Virus record (IMG/VR): IMGVR_UViG_3300025639_000010
Location: 1 to 35,207 of that record
From: a virus
Lineage: Duplodnaviria > Caudoviricetes
Reading direction: 5' to 3' (one strand)
DNA length: 35,207 nt
Shown here: positions 6,675 to 15,643 of the stretch, piece after piece
Layout: every line of letters starts with the position of its first letter
Position numbering within the stretch: position 1 is the first letter of the stretch
Notes under the pieces: generated by a model
Seen by the model: only the letters and a program-made list of their open reading frames with translations
Told to the model about the DNA's origin: nothing
Databases searched by the model: none
Made by a program: the position numbers and the translations under genes

Positions 6675-9293
6675 ATGAGTCTTATAGATATTCAACGTAA
6701 GTACGAAGAAGCACAACTAGCGCACAGTCGTACCCGTGTACTGAATACATTTACTAAGATGGTGGCTAAAGGGGGTGGTGACAGCACCCCTGAAGGACAG
6801 GCACTTAAACGATTAGGCTTAGACAGAGTGCAAAGCACACTAGAAGAGTACTTCAGAGCACCATTACGAGGTCACAACGCTAAACAACGTGACGTAGTAA
6901 TGGTATACAAAGGCAAAGAGGACGTACTGGCATTTATGTTAGTGTCTACTGTACTACAGGTACTCTTAAAGCACCCACAGACCATGCAAAACCTAGCTAC
7001 TACGCTAAGTAAAGCACTTAACACGGACATGTTACTGGAAGCATTCCACAGCGAACACCCTAAGTTACTAAACTACATAGACTACGAGTACCGTAACCGA
7101 GGACAAGAGTACATACTTAGCCGCAAGCGTAGGTTAGCTAAGATGACTACTACCCTTGAGTACGGTAGTGTAGACCTTGCGGTTTGTTTGCGGTTGTTAG
7201 AACTACTACTTAAGTCAAATACAGGCATGTTTGAAGTCAAACGTAAAGCCCATCCTACTAGTCGTACCCTGACAGGTAAGGTAATAAAGCTGTATTTGAC
7301 TGAAGAATCACGCTTAATCATAACTAAAGTACAGGACGTACTAACTAAAATAGGAGTACTGTACAAACCCCTAGTTGTAACGCCTAAACCTTGGGATTTA
7401 AGCACTCAACGTGGCTCATCGCACGGTGGATACCACTTTACAGGTACTATTCCATTCGTAAGGCACAAAAGTAGGATAGCAAACCGTATATGGAAGCGTT
7501 TGCAGACTAAACATGCTAGATCTTCGCTACTAGGTAGGGATTTTAACGTAAATAAGGACAAACCACTGTATTTAAAGCGTTTAACTGACGTTATCAACGG
7601 AGTTCAGAACACTGAGTGGAGAACTAATCGTTTTATATTGAATGTAGCACAACATATTGTAGACAACAACATAGTAGACCCGTTGTCACCACCTGATAAC
7701 CCTAGATGTATAGGTGGTATTCCTCACATGGAGTTTTTAAACGTAGACACCATCGTTTTGATGCACAACTACGGTGAACTGTACACCACACAGAGCGGTA
7801 AGCAACGATTTGTACGCAAAGAGGACTACAAACGCTATTATACTGCCCGTGAGACAGCACTTACACGCTTGGAGTCTAACAACAGTAAACGTGTAGTCTA
7901 CAAACTAGCATTGGCACTAGCTGACGAGTTCAGCGTGTATGACAAGTTTCACTTTAGCTACAGTCCTGACTTCAGGTCACGTTTGTACCCTGTACAACAG
8001 TTGCTTAACCCACAGTCCAGTTCTAACGTAAAGGCACTACTAGAGTTCAAGAACGGTGTAGTACCTACGGACGAGGGCATATACTGGATTAAAATAGCAG
8101 TAGCTAACACAGCAGGTCAAGACAAGGAGTCATACGAAGACCGTATAGAGTGGGTAGAGTCCCACATGCAAGACATACAACAGTGCGCTGACAGCCCGTT
8201 AGAGAGCACTTCTATATGGGGTAAGGCAGATGAACCACTTATGTTTTTAAGTGGCTGTAAGGCTCTTAGAGACGGTCTGAGGGGCATTCCTGTACACTTT
8301 CCTATACCTTTAGACGGTAAGTGTAGTGGTATCCAGATATATAGTGGCTTACTACGTGACAAAGAGGGAGCGGAAGCAGTTAGTGTAGTGGAACGTTCAG
8401 CTTGCAATCCAAACTCTAACAGAAAACCTGCTGACATATACAATGCGGTTGTAGCCCGTGTAAATCTACTAATGAAGATGGGATTCCCACCTAAAACCAT
8501 CACGTTTACAGACAGCACAGCTACACGTAGGGAAATACCTACATCAGTAGAGCTTAAGAGCATGGAAGGCAACATAACACGTAGTCTGGTTAAGCGTAAC
8601 GTGATGACACAACCTTACTCAGTGACTGCACACGGTATGTATGCACAACTCAGGGAACTGTTTGAAGACATAGAAGCTAACACACCTGACCAAGTGTTCT
8701 GGCGAGGAGAAAAGTGGGTATGTATACGCTTACTGGTTATACTGAACACCAAGGCTATAAGCGACATAGTTAAAGGAGCAACTAAAGGACAGGAGTACAT
8801 TAAAAAAGTAGCATCTATGATGAACAAAGAAGGCAAAGTACTACAGTGGACTACACCGTTCTTTGACTTTCCTGTCATACAAGCACAAACAGTACGTAAA
8901 GAGCGCAGGATAACTACTTCAATAGGTAAACTTAAGTTCTTAGAGCACACAGACACGTTAGACAAGCTACGTCAGAGTAATGCTATTGCTCCTAACCTTA
9001 TCCACAGTCTGGATGCTACCCTGTTGTACTTAACAGTAGAGCGACTACTAGCATTAGGAGTTAAGGACTTCAGTTTGATACACGACTCATTCGGAGTAGA
9101 CTGTAACAGCGTAGGTAAGCTCAACATAGCACTACGTGAGAGCTTTGTAGAACTGTTTGAGTCTGACCCACTACTTAATTGGTATCAACAACTACAAGCG
9201 GAGTGTGATGTTGTATTGCCACACCCTGACACAGTAATGATTAATACATTAGACTTAAAGGAGGTAATGAACTCAAGGTACATATTTAGTTAG
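6675..9293 (+). CDS. T7-like single-subunit DNA-directed RNA polymerase (gp1)
   Basis: DFRSRLYP, motif A LDGKCSGIQ, motif B RSLVKRNVMTQPYS, PNLIHSLDA, motif C IHDSFG, C-terminal YIFS. Confidence 0.98.
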   Translation: MSLIDIQRKYEEAQLAHSRTRVLNTFTKMVAKGGGDSTPEGQALKRLGLDRVQSTLEEYFRAPLRGHNAKQRDVVMVYKGKEDVLAFMLVSTVLQVLLKHPQTMQNLATTLSKALNTDMLLEAFHSEHPKLLNYIDYEYRNRGQEYILSRKRRLAKMTTTLEYGSVDLAVCLRLLELLLKSNTGMFEVKRKAHPTSRTLTGKVIKLYLTEESRLIITKVQDVLTKIGVLYKPLVVTPKPWDLSTQRGSSHGGYHFTGTIPFVRHKSRIANRIWKRLQTKHARSSLLGRDFNVNKDKPLYLKRLTDVINGVQNTEWRTNRFILNVAQHIVDNNIVDPLSPPDNPRCIGGIPHMEFLNVDTIVLMHNYGELYTTQSGKQRFVRKEDYKRYYTARETALTRLESNNSKRVVYKLALALADEFSVYDKFHFSYSPDFRSRLYPVQQLLNPQSSSNVKALLEFKNGVVPTDEGIYWIKIAVANTAGQDKESYEDRIEWVESHMQDIQQCADSPLESTSIWGKADEPLMFLSGCKALRDGLRGIPVHFPIPLDGKCSGIQIYSGLLRDKEGAEAVSVVERSACNPNSNRKPADIYNAVVARVNLLMKMGFPPKTITFTDSTATRREIPTSVELKSMEGNITRSLVKRNVMTQPYSVTAHGMYAQLRELFEDIEANTPDQVFWRGEKWVCIRLLVILNTKAISDIVKGATKGQEYIKKVASMMNKEGKVLQWTTPFFDFPVIQAQTVRKERRITTSIGKLKFLEHTDTLDKLRQSNAIAPNLIHSLDATLLYLTVERLLALGVKDFSLIHDSFGVDCNSVGKLNIALRESFVELFESDPLLNWYQQLQAECDVVLPHPDTVMINTLDLKEVMNSRYIFS
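8395..8414. repeat. 20-bp palindromic repeat copy 12 (inside RNAP)
   Basis: GTTCAGCTTGCAATCCAAAC, read as RSACNPN. Confidence 0.9.
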
Positions 9294-9298
9294 TCCAG

Positions 9299-9318
9299 TT
9301 ATCCACAAGTTATCCACA
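9299..9318 (+). promoter_or_regulatory. tandem DnaA boxes
   Basis: TTATCCACA at 9299-9307 and 9310-9318 (11-bp period). Confidence 0.7.
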
Positions 9319-9327
9319 GGATATGGT

Positions 9328-9343
9328 TAAAAGGACACTGTAT
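9328..9343 (+). promoter_or_regulatory. candidate phage RNAP promoter (class II)
   Basis: TAAAAGGACACTGTAT, 15/16 identical to 20278-20293; resembles the SP6-type GACACTATA core. Confidence 0.5.
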
Positions 9344-9452
9344 GTACAGACGATAGCGTACAGGGGGGAGGGTATGCGTAGTACCGTATGTAGTATCAGT
9401 ACTACTAGTACCCCCGTTCAAAAGTAGACTAAAAATTTAGGAGACAAGTGTA

Positions 9453-9737
9453 ATGAACACTGTAAAGAAAATACTACTTGCTACACTACTGGTAGGAGTG
9501 GTAGGATGTAGTGAGATAGACTTAACTAAGGTAGTAGCGCAAACACCTACTACAGCACCAGTAGTTGAGGTCATAGAAGTAGAAGTACTAAGGGAGGTAG
9601 TAGAGCTACCTGAACTTGAACCAGAAGTAGTACATGAAGTAGAAGTAGAAGTGCCTGTCTTTGATAGTGAAGACAACGTGATAGGTACTGAAACAATAGT
9701 AGTACCAGTACCAGAAGTAGAACAACAACTTATTTAA
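9453..9737 (+). CDS. predicted lipoprotein, acidic Val/Glu-rich
   Basis: signal peptide MNTVKKILLATLLVGVVG-C (lipobox). Confidence 0.75.
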   Translation: MNTVKKILLATLLVGVVGCSEIDLTKVVAQTPTTAPVVEVIEVEVLREVVELPELEPEVVHEVEVEVPVFDSEDNVIGTETIVVPVPEVEQQLI

Positions 9738-9759
9738 TTAATGCAAAGGAGCAAGATCA

Positions 9760-10380
9760 ATGGCTAAAGTAAAAGCATTTGTAACACCACTGGGTTCAGC
9801 AAAATGGGCATCTATCGTAACACCTAACACTAAATGGGATGAAGCAGGTAAGTATGAAATTACTGTAGAGTTCAAACCAGAACAAGTAGTAGAGTGTAGA
9901 GCTTACTTGGACACCGTACTTAAGGACTTCATAGCTGAAGCAAAGCCTAAACTTAACAAGGCTAAACAGAACACAGTAACTGTAGTCAGTCCGTTTAAAG
10001 ATGTACTAGACGTTGACGGTAACCCAACAGGTGAAGTAAGTTTAAAGGGTAAGGCGTACACTACGTCTAGGGAAGGTGAGCCTTTGAAGGTAGCTATCGC
10101 AGACAGTAAAGGTAGAATCATGCCTAACTTTAGTAAGCTAGTAGGTAATGGTAGCAAAGTTAAAGTAGCACTGTATCCTAAAGCCTACTACATGGGTAGT
10201 AACAATACCTTTGGACTGTCACTGACTATTAACTCAGTACAAATAGTAGAGTTGGTTGAGTACACCCGTGATGGTTTCAAGGAAGAAGAAGGAGGGTTTG
10301 TAGCTGATGATGCTGACTTTAAAGCACCACACACTGACCAAGAAGCACAAGTAGAAGCAGAGGTAAGCGGAGACTTCTAA
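9760..10380 (+). CDS. single-stranded DNA-binding protein (gp2.5-like)
   Basis: TPLGSAKW, GNGSKVKV, GLSLTINSVQIVELVEY, acidic tail ending in Phe. Confidence 0.93.
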   Translation: MAKVKAFVTPLGSAKWASIVTPNTKWDEAGKYEITVEFKPEQVVECRAYLDTVLKDFIAEAKPKLNKAKQNTVTVVSPFKDVLDVDGNPTGEVSLKGKAYTTSREGEPLKVAIADSKGRIMPNFSKLVGNGSKVKVALYPKAYYMGSNNTFGLSLTINSVQIVELVEYTRDGFKEEEGGFVADDADFKAPHTDQEAQVEAEVSGDF

Positions 10381-12011
10381 TGAACAGGGATGAGGGAGAA
10401 TTTATAAGACATGACCCTTGTCCTGAGTGTAGGAGCGGAGATGCACTAGCAGTATACGATTCAGGTACTGCTTACTGTTTCTCTTGCTCCACCTACATTC
10501 ATAAGTATGAGGAACAAGAACAGATTGCAATCCAAACAGGAGGGGCTAATATGACCCGTGATTCATTCGTAAGAGGTGAATACCTAGATTTAAATGCACG
10601 TAAAGTAAGTAAAGCAACCTGTCGCAAGTATGGCTACCATGTAGCTGATGTGCAGGGAGTTAAGACCCAGATAGCTGACTACTATGACAGTAAGGGTGAG
10701 CTAGTAGGACAAAAGGTAAGGTACGCAGACAAGACGTTTAAAGTAAGAGGTGAAGTAAACACTAAGCACTTGTTTGGTAGACACCTGTGGCGTGACAAAG
10801 GGAAACAAGTAATAATATGTGAAGGCGAGATAGATTGTCTGAGTGTAGCTGAAGCGTTTGGTGCTAAGTATCCTATAGTCAGCCTGCCCAATGGAGCACA
10901 AAGCGCAGAGCGTGTAGTCAAGAACAACCTAGAGTGGTTGGAAGGTTTTGGTTCAGTACTACTGTGGTTCGACAACGACACAGCAGGTAAGGAAGCTGTT
11001 GAAAAAGTAGTCCCACTGTTAACAACAGGTAAGGTTAAGGTAATTACTACAGGCTACAAGGATGCTAACGATGTGCTTATCAATGAGGGTAAGTCAGCAG
11101 TCGTAAGTGCTACGTATGAGGCCAGTGAGTGGCGGCCTGACGGTATACTTAGAGGTGCTGACCTGTTCAAAGAGTACAAAGAGAAACAGGTGTTTGCCAA
11201 GTGTGACTACCCGTATCCTAAGCTGAACGACATGTTCAAAGGACTACGCAAGGGTGAGTTGGTTACGTTTACAGCAGGCTCAGGTATGGGCAAGTCAACT
11301 GTGGTTAGAGAAATAGCTTACGACTTGATGCTTAAGCAAGGACAACGTATAGGTTACGTAGCGTTAGAAGAGAACTGGCGAAGAACACTGACTAGTTTCT
11401 TAGGCATGTATGTTAACAAGCCTTTGTACTACGATGATGAGCTTACACCAGAGGAAGAAAAGGAAGCATGGGACGAGACTATAGGCAAGGAGCGACTGTA
11501 CTTGTACGATCACTTTGGGTCTATTGAAACAGAGAACCTGCTTAACAAGATACGTGTCATGGTTAAAACATGTGGAGTAGACTACATTGTGTTAGACCAC
11601 GTAAGTATAGTGGTCAGTGGTATGGATACATTTGATGAGCGTAAGGCGATTGACAAACTGATGACTGACTTGCGTAGCTTAGTAGAAGAAACACAGGTAG
11701 GTATGCTTATCATTAGCCACTTACGTAGGACAGGTGAGAACAAGAACCATGAGGACGGAGCACAGATTAGCTTAGGTCAGCTACGTGGGTCAGGTGCTAT
11801 TGCTCAACTGTCTGATGCAGTGATCGGGTTGGAGCGTGACGCACAGCACGAAGAAGACGGAGATACAATCAGGATACGTGTACTTAAGAATAGGTTTGCA
11901 GGTACGTTAGGGCAAGCTGACACTTTAAGGTACGACCATGTAACAGGACGGATAGACACTGTACTCACGGTAGAGGAAGAGGAGATAGACTTTGACAACC
12001 CTGACTTTTGA
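10380..12011 (+). CDS. primase/helicase (gp4-like)
   Basis: Zn finger CPEC..CFSC, TOPRIM EGEID / FDND, Walker A AGSGMGKS, DHVSI, LRGSG, KNRF. Confidence 0.97.
   Translation: MNRDEGEFIRHDPCPECRSGDALAVYDSGTAYCFSCSTYIHKYEEQEQIAIQTGGANMTRDSFVRGEYLDLNARKVSKATCRKYGYHVADVQGVKTQIADYYDSKGELVGQKVRYADKTFKVRGEVNTKHLFGRHLWRDKGKQVIICEGEIDCLSVAEAFGAKYPIVSLPNGAQSAERVVKNNLEWLEGFGSVLLWFDNDTAGKEAVEKVVPLLTTGKVKVITTGYKDANDVLINEGKSAVVSATYEASEWRPDGILRGADLFKEYKEKQVFAKCDYPYPKLNDMFKGLRKGELVTFTAGSGMGKSTVVREIAYDLMLKQGQRIGYVALEENWRRTLTSFLGMYVNKPLYYDDELTPEEEKEAWDETIGKERLYLYDHFGSIETENLLNKIRVMVKTCGVDYIVLDHVSIVVSGMDTFDERKAIDKLMTDLRSLVEETQVGMLIISHLRRTGENKNHEDGAQISLGQLRGSGAIAQLSDAVIGLERDAQHEEDGDTIRIRVLKNRFAGTLGQADTLRYDHVTGRIDTVLTVEEEEIDFDNPDF
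10518..10537. repeat. 20-bp palindromic repeat copy 13 (primase linker)
   Basis: GAACAGATTGCAATCCAAAC. Confidence 0.85.
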
Positions 12012-13833
12012 CCTTGAAACAGACGGACTGTACCGTGAGTGTACACGCATTCACTGTGCTGTTATTTATGACCACGATGAAGACAGATACCATACGTTTG
12101 ATCCTACAGATGTACACAGATTACCTGAGATTCTCAAGGAAGCTGATGTACTGATAGGACACAACATAGTAGGGTTTGATGTACCTGTCATTAACAAGTT
12201 GTTTGGTATTGATCTACACCATCACTGTGCACTACGGGATACGTTCTTGCTTAGTAAGTTAGCGTACTACGACATGGAAGATCACTTAGCTATGTCAGCA
12301 CCATGTGACACTAAGTTAAAGAGTAGTCACGGACTTAAGGCATGGGGTCAGCGTCTTAAGCTACACAAAGGAGACTATGGTGAGCAAGTGGATGCGTGGA
12401 CGGATTACGATAAAGGTATGTTGGACTACTGTAAGCAAGACGTTAAGGTAACCACTACCTTGTATCGTCACCTGATGCGTAGAGGTAACGTACCTCAACG
12501 TGCGCTGAGACTTGAGCAAGACTTTGCAAGAGTAATACAAAAGCAGACAGCTAAAGGGTGGTACTTTGATGTCAAGAAAGCACAGCAGTTACATGTACAG
12601 TTACACCAACAACGGGAGGAGATAGAGCGAGAGCTTAGTACAGTATTCAAACCCCTGTACTGTGGGACTAAGACAGATCATGTAACTGAACCTGCTAAAC
12701 TTAAGACTTACAAGAGTGGTACATACACACGAAAGTGTGAGGTCACAGGTGTACGAGTAGAGTACGGTACGCACACTCCTATTAAACTAACAGAGTTTAA
12801 CGCAGGTAGTAGACAGCACATACACAGGTGGCTACATGTTATGTACAAGTGGAAACCTAAGAAGTATACAGAGAACGGGAGTGCTATTATTGACAGTACT
12901 GTTCTTAACGCACTTCCTTATCCTGAAGCACAACTACTAGGCAAGTACTTTGAGTTGCAGAAGATATTAGGTATGTTAATAGAAGGAAAGAATGGATGGT
13001 TAAAGGTAGTAAACGATGAAGGCAGGATTAATGGGGAGCTTGATACTATTGGGGCTGTTAGCGGTCGCTGTACTCATAGGTCGCCCAACCTTGCACAAGT
13101 ACCCAGTAGCAGAGCGTTCAAAGGTAAGGAGTGTAGAGAGTTGTTCACCGTACCTAAAGGAAAAGTCCTTATAGGATGCGATGCCAGTGGGTTAGAGCTT
13201 AGGATGTTAGCACACTACATGGCGGCATACGATCACGGGGAGTACGCTAAACAAGTAGTGCATGGAGACATACATACAGTCAACCAAAAGGCGGCAGGAC
13301 TAGCTACTAGAGATCAGGCTAAGACTTTTATATATGCTTTCCTGTACGGAGCAGGTGCTAGTAAGTTAGGTGCTATCTGTGGTAAGGGTGCGGCACATGG
13401 TAATAGGCTTAAGGAAAGATTCTTTGACTCACTACCTGCTGTGAAGCAGTTAATGTCAGGAGTGCAACACGCTATAGCACCTAAGTATGACAACGGACAG
13501 ATGCAAGCGATGAACTTACGAGGTATATCAGGTAGGTTACTGTACATTCGGTCACCTCATAGTGCTCTTAATACCCTGTTACAAAGCGCAGGTGCTTATG
13601 TAATGAAGTACTATACGGTACAATTAGATATACACTTACGTAAGTATGGAGACAAGGTAGCATTTGTAGGCAACATACACGATGAGGTACAGCTAGAAGT
13701 AGACGAGGATATAGCAGAAGAAGTAAGGGTAATATGCGAGGATACATTTGATACAATAACTAAGATGCTTAAGTGGCGATTACCTTTAGAAGGTGAAGCT
13801 AGGATAGGCAGGACATGGAATGACACACACTAA
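11992..13833 (+). CDS. DNA polymerase family A (gp5-like)
   Basis: 3'-5' exonuclease FDLET / HNIVGFD / YCKQDV; DASGLELR; RDQAKTFIYAFLYG (Tyr type as in T7); HDEVQ; TTG start with GGAG RBS. Confidence 0.97.
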   Translation: MTTLTFDLETDGLYRECTRIHCAVIYDHDEDRYHTFDPTDVHRLPEILKEADVLIGHNIVGFDVPVINKLFGIDLHHHCALRDTFLLSKLAYYDMEDHLAMSAPCDTKLKSSHGLKAWGQRLKLHKGDYGEQVDAWTDYDKGMLDYCKQDVKVTTTLYRHLMRRGNVPQRALRLEQDFARVIQKQTAKGWYFDVKKAQQLHVQLHQQREEIERELSTVFKPLYCGTKTDHVTEPAKLKTYKSGTYTRKCEVTGVRVEYGTHTPIKLTEFNAGSRQHIHRWLHVMYKWKPKKYTENGSAIIDSTVLNALPYPEAQLLGKYFELQKILGMLIEGKNGWLKVVNDEGRINGELDTIGAVSGRCTHRSPNLAQVPSSRAFKGKECRELFTVPKGKVLIGCDASGLELRMLAHYMAAYDHGEYAKQVVHGDIHTVNQKAAGLATRDQAKTFIYAFLYGAGASKLGAICGKGAAHGNRLKERFFDSLPAVKQLMSGVQHAIAPKYDNGQMQAMNLRGISGRLLYIRSPHSALNTLLQSAGAYVMKYYTVQLDIHLRKYGDKVAFVGNIHDEVQLEVDEDIAEEVRVICEDTFDTITKMLKWRLPLEGEARIGRTWNDTH

Positions 13834-13843
13834 GGAGACGAGT

Positions 13844-14290
13844 ATGAAACCAGTTACATTTGATATACCTATGCCACTGATTAAAGGTAAGGGAGGGGTA
13901 CAAAGATTATTGAGTGCTAACCTGTACAGGAACGCTTACTTTCACACACTGAACGCAAGTAAAGTAGAGTACGACACTGTAATAGACAGCGTACTAGCTA
14001 CATTAAAACCGTTTGCAGTACCTGTTAAGATGGAGTTCAAGTTTTACTTTACTACTAAACGCAGAAGGGACATAGATAACTTCTTGTTTCCTGTGTCTAA
14101 GTACCTTTGTGACAGCTTAACTAAGCGAGGTATTTTAGTGGACGATAACATGAAGTACTATCCTGAAGTGTCAGCCCAGTATGGAGGACAAGACGAGGAC
14201 AACCATGTCACTGTTACTATATCTAAAAGCAAGGTTAGTGTTAAAGAATTGGATTGCAAGCCAAACTTAGGTAAGGGGGAAGAAGAATGA
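13844..14290 (+). CDS. rusA: RusA-like Holliday junction resolvase
   Basis: RRRDIDN ... K..CDSL..GILVDD; AAGGAG RBS before ATG 13844. Confidence 0.8.
   Translation: MKPVTFDIPMPLIKGKGGVQRLLSANLYRNAYFHTLNASKVEYDTVIDSVLATLKPFAVPVKMEFKFYFTTKRRRDIDNFLFPVSKYLCDSLTKRGILVDDNMKYYPEVSAQYGGQDEDNHVTVTISKSKVSVKELDCKPNLGKGEEE
14247..14266. repeat. 20-bp palindromic repeat copy 14
   Basis: AATTGGATTGCAAGCCAAAC, read as ELDCKPN. Confidence 0.9.
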
Positions 14291-14832
14291 ATCATGTCAG
14301 TAAAGCAGAGTACAACACACAAGGGACTATAGCATCCAATGTAAAGGACGTAGTAACGTGGAACTTAGTGAGGAATAACCTACACTTAGATGAGCAGTTA
14401 GAAGAAGACATGCTCAGTGAAGAGCTAAACGAGTTCTTTGTAGCTGAGACAATAGAGGATCACTTAGACGCATACGCAGACTTTAGATATGTAATGGAAG
14501 GTACTACTGCTAAGTTCTTAGGTAGTGGTGTACCTGATCGTGACTCATTAGCATGGTGGAGTAGGGTTAAGACATGGGGTCAGGCATCTATAGACTACAT
14601 GGACGGTATAATACGTGAGCATTTCTTTACTACATACTCAGGTATGACTGAGGACATTGTGGACAACGTGTTAGGTGAGGTGTTTGCTGTGGTGTGTGAA
14701 GCCAATAACAAGAAACCTGACGATGCTACAACAGGTAAGGTTGAGAAAGGCGATGAGTGGGAAGACCCTACCTTTACTATCACAGAGCTAGTACAGTGGT
14801 ACACACAGAAGTGTAAGAAAGGAGCACATTGA
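14287..14832 (+). CDS. MazG-like nucleotide pyrophosphohydrolase
   Basis: EELNEF...DAYADFRYV, V..AN..K, GKVEKG..W..P. Confidence 0.75.
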   Translation: MNHVSKAEYNTQGTIASNVKDVVTWNLVRNNLHLDEQLEEDMLSEELNEFFVAETIEDHLDAYADFRYVMEGTTAKFLGSGVPDRDSLAWWSRVKTWGQASIDYMDGIIREHFFTTYSGMTEDIVDNVLGEVFAVVCEANNKKPDDATTGKVEKGDEWEDPTFTITELVQWYTQKCKKGAH

Positions 14833-14833
14833 T

Positions 14834-15097
14834 ATGTCATACATACACACAACATCACGTAAGTTAAAAGATGTAACACCAGAGGAGTGGGATAAAGCGA
14901 CTAACCCTGACTACTATACTAAAGGGACTACACAGGCTATTGATTATATTATGGACAAAGAGATGTCGTTTGTAGAAGGCAACGTAATAAAGTACGTTAC
15001 TAGATACAAGGACAAGAATGGCATTGAAGACCTAATGAAAGCTAAGTGGTATTTAGAGCGTCTCATAGAGTACGAGAGTAGCAAGGTTCAAAAGTAG
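14834..15097 (+). CDS. DUF3310 protein (T7 gp1.7-like nucleotide kinase family)
   Basis: NPDYY, AIDYI, GNVIKYVTRYKDKNGIEDLMKAKWYL. Confidence 0.85.
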   Translation: MSYIHTTSRKLKDVTPEEWDKATNPDYYTKGTTQAIDYIMDKEMSFVEGNVIKYVTRYKDKNGIEDLMKAKWYLERLIEYESSKVQK

Positions 15098-15108
15098 GTT
15101 AAAAATTT

Positions 15109-15351
15109 ATGAGACATAGTACAAACGAAGACTATTGTGACTACGTGCATAGTAAGGACAGCGTAAGTGACAAACCAGAGGAGTGGGAAAAGAATGTGGA
15201 GCAGTACTTACATTACTTGAACAGGACAGGCTACAAAGTCCCAGTAGCAATGGTAATTGAAGCGATAGAGGTAGCACGACTAGCGGCAATTGCAGTGGAT
15301 ATAGAGAACGAGCATGACTTTAAATGTAAAGTCTGTACATGTAACCAATGA
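15109..15351 (+). CDS. hypothetical protein
   Basis: in-operon ORF with C-terminal CxxCxC. Confidence 0.6.
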   Translation: MRHSTNEDYCDYVHSKDSVSDKPEEWEKNVEQYLHYLNRTGYKVPVAMVIEAIEVARLAAIAVDIENEHDFKCKVCTCNQ

Positions 15352-15365
15352 TATAAGGAATGTGA

Positions 15366-15632
15366 ATGAGTAACAAGTTAATCAAGTTTAGCGCACGGTG
15401 GTGTAAGCAGTGCGTGTCATATCAATCGACTTGGAATGCGGTAACAAAGGAGTTAAAAGGGTGGGAGGTAGAAGAGGTAGCAGTAGATCAAGAAGACGGG
15501 ATGGACTTAGCGATTACTTATGGGGTCAAGTCGTTACCTACTACTATAGTAATTAAAGATGAGGACATTACTATACTCAGAGGAGTTCAAACTAAAGGTG
15601 AGCTTCAGGTTGCGATGGCAAGCGTAGGGTAA
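15366..15632 (+). CDS. thioredoxin
   Basis: FSARWCKQC active site, YGVKSLPT cis-Pro motif. Confidence 0.9.
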   Translation: MSNKLIKFSARWCKQCVSYQSTWNAVTKELKGWEVEEVAVDQEDGMDLAITYGVKSLPTTIVIKDEDITILRGVQTKGELQVAMASVG

Positions 15633-15643
15633 GGAGAGGAAAG

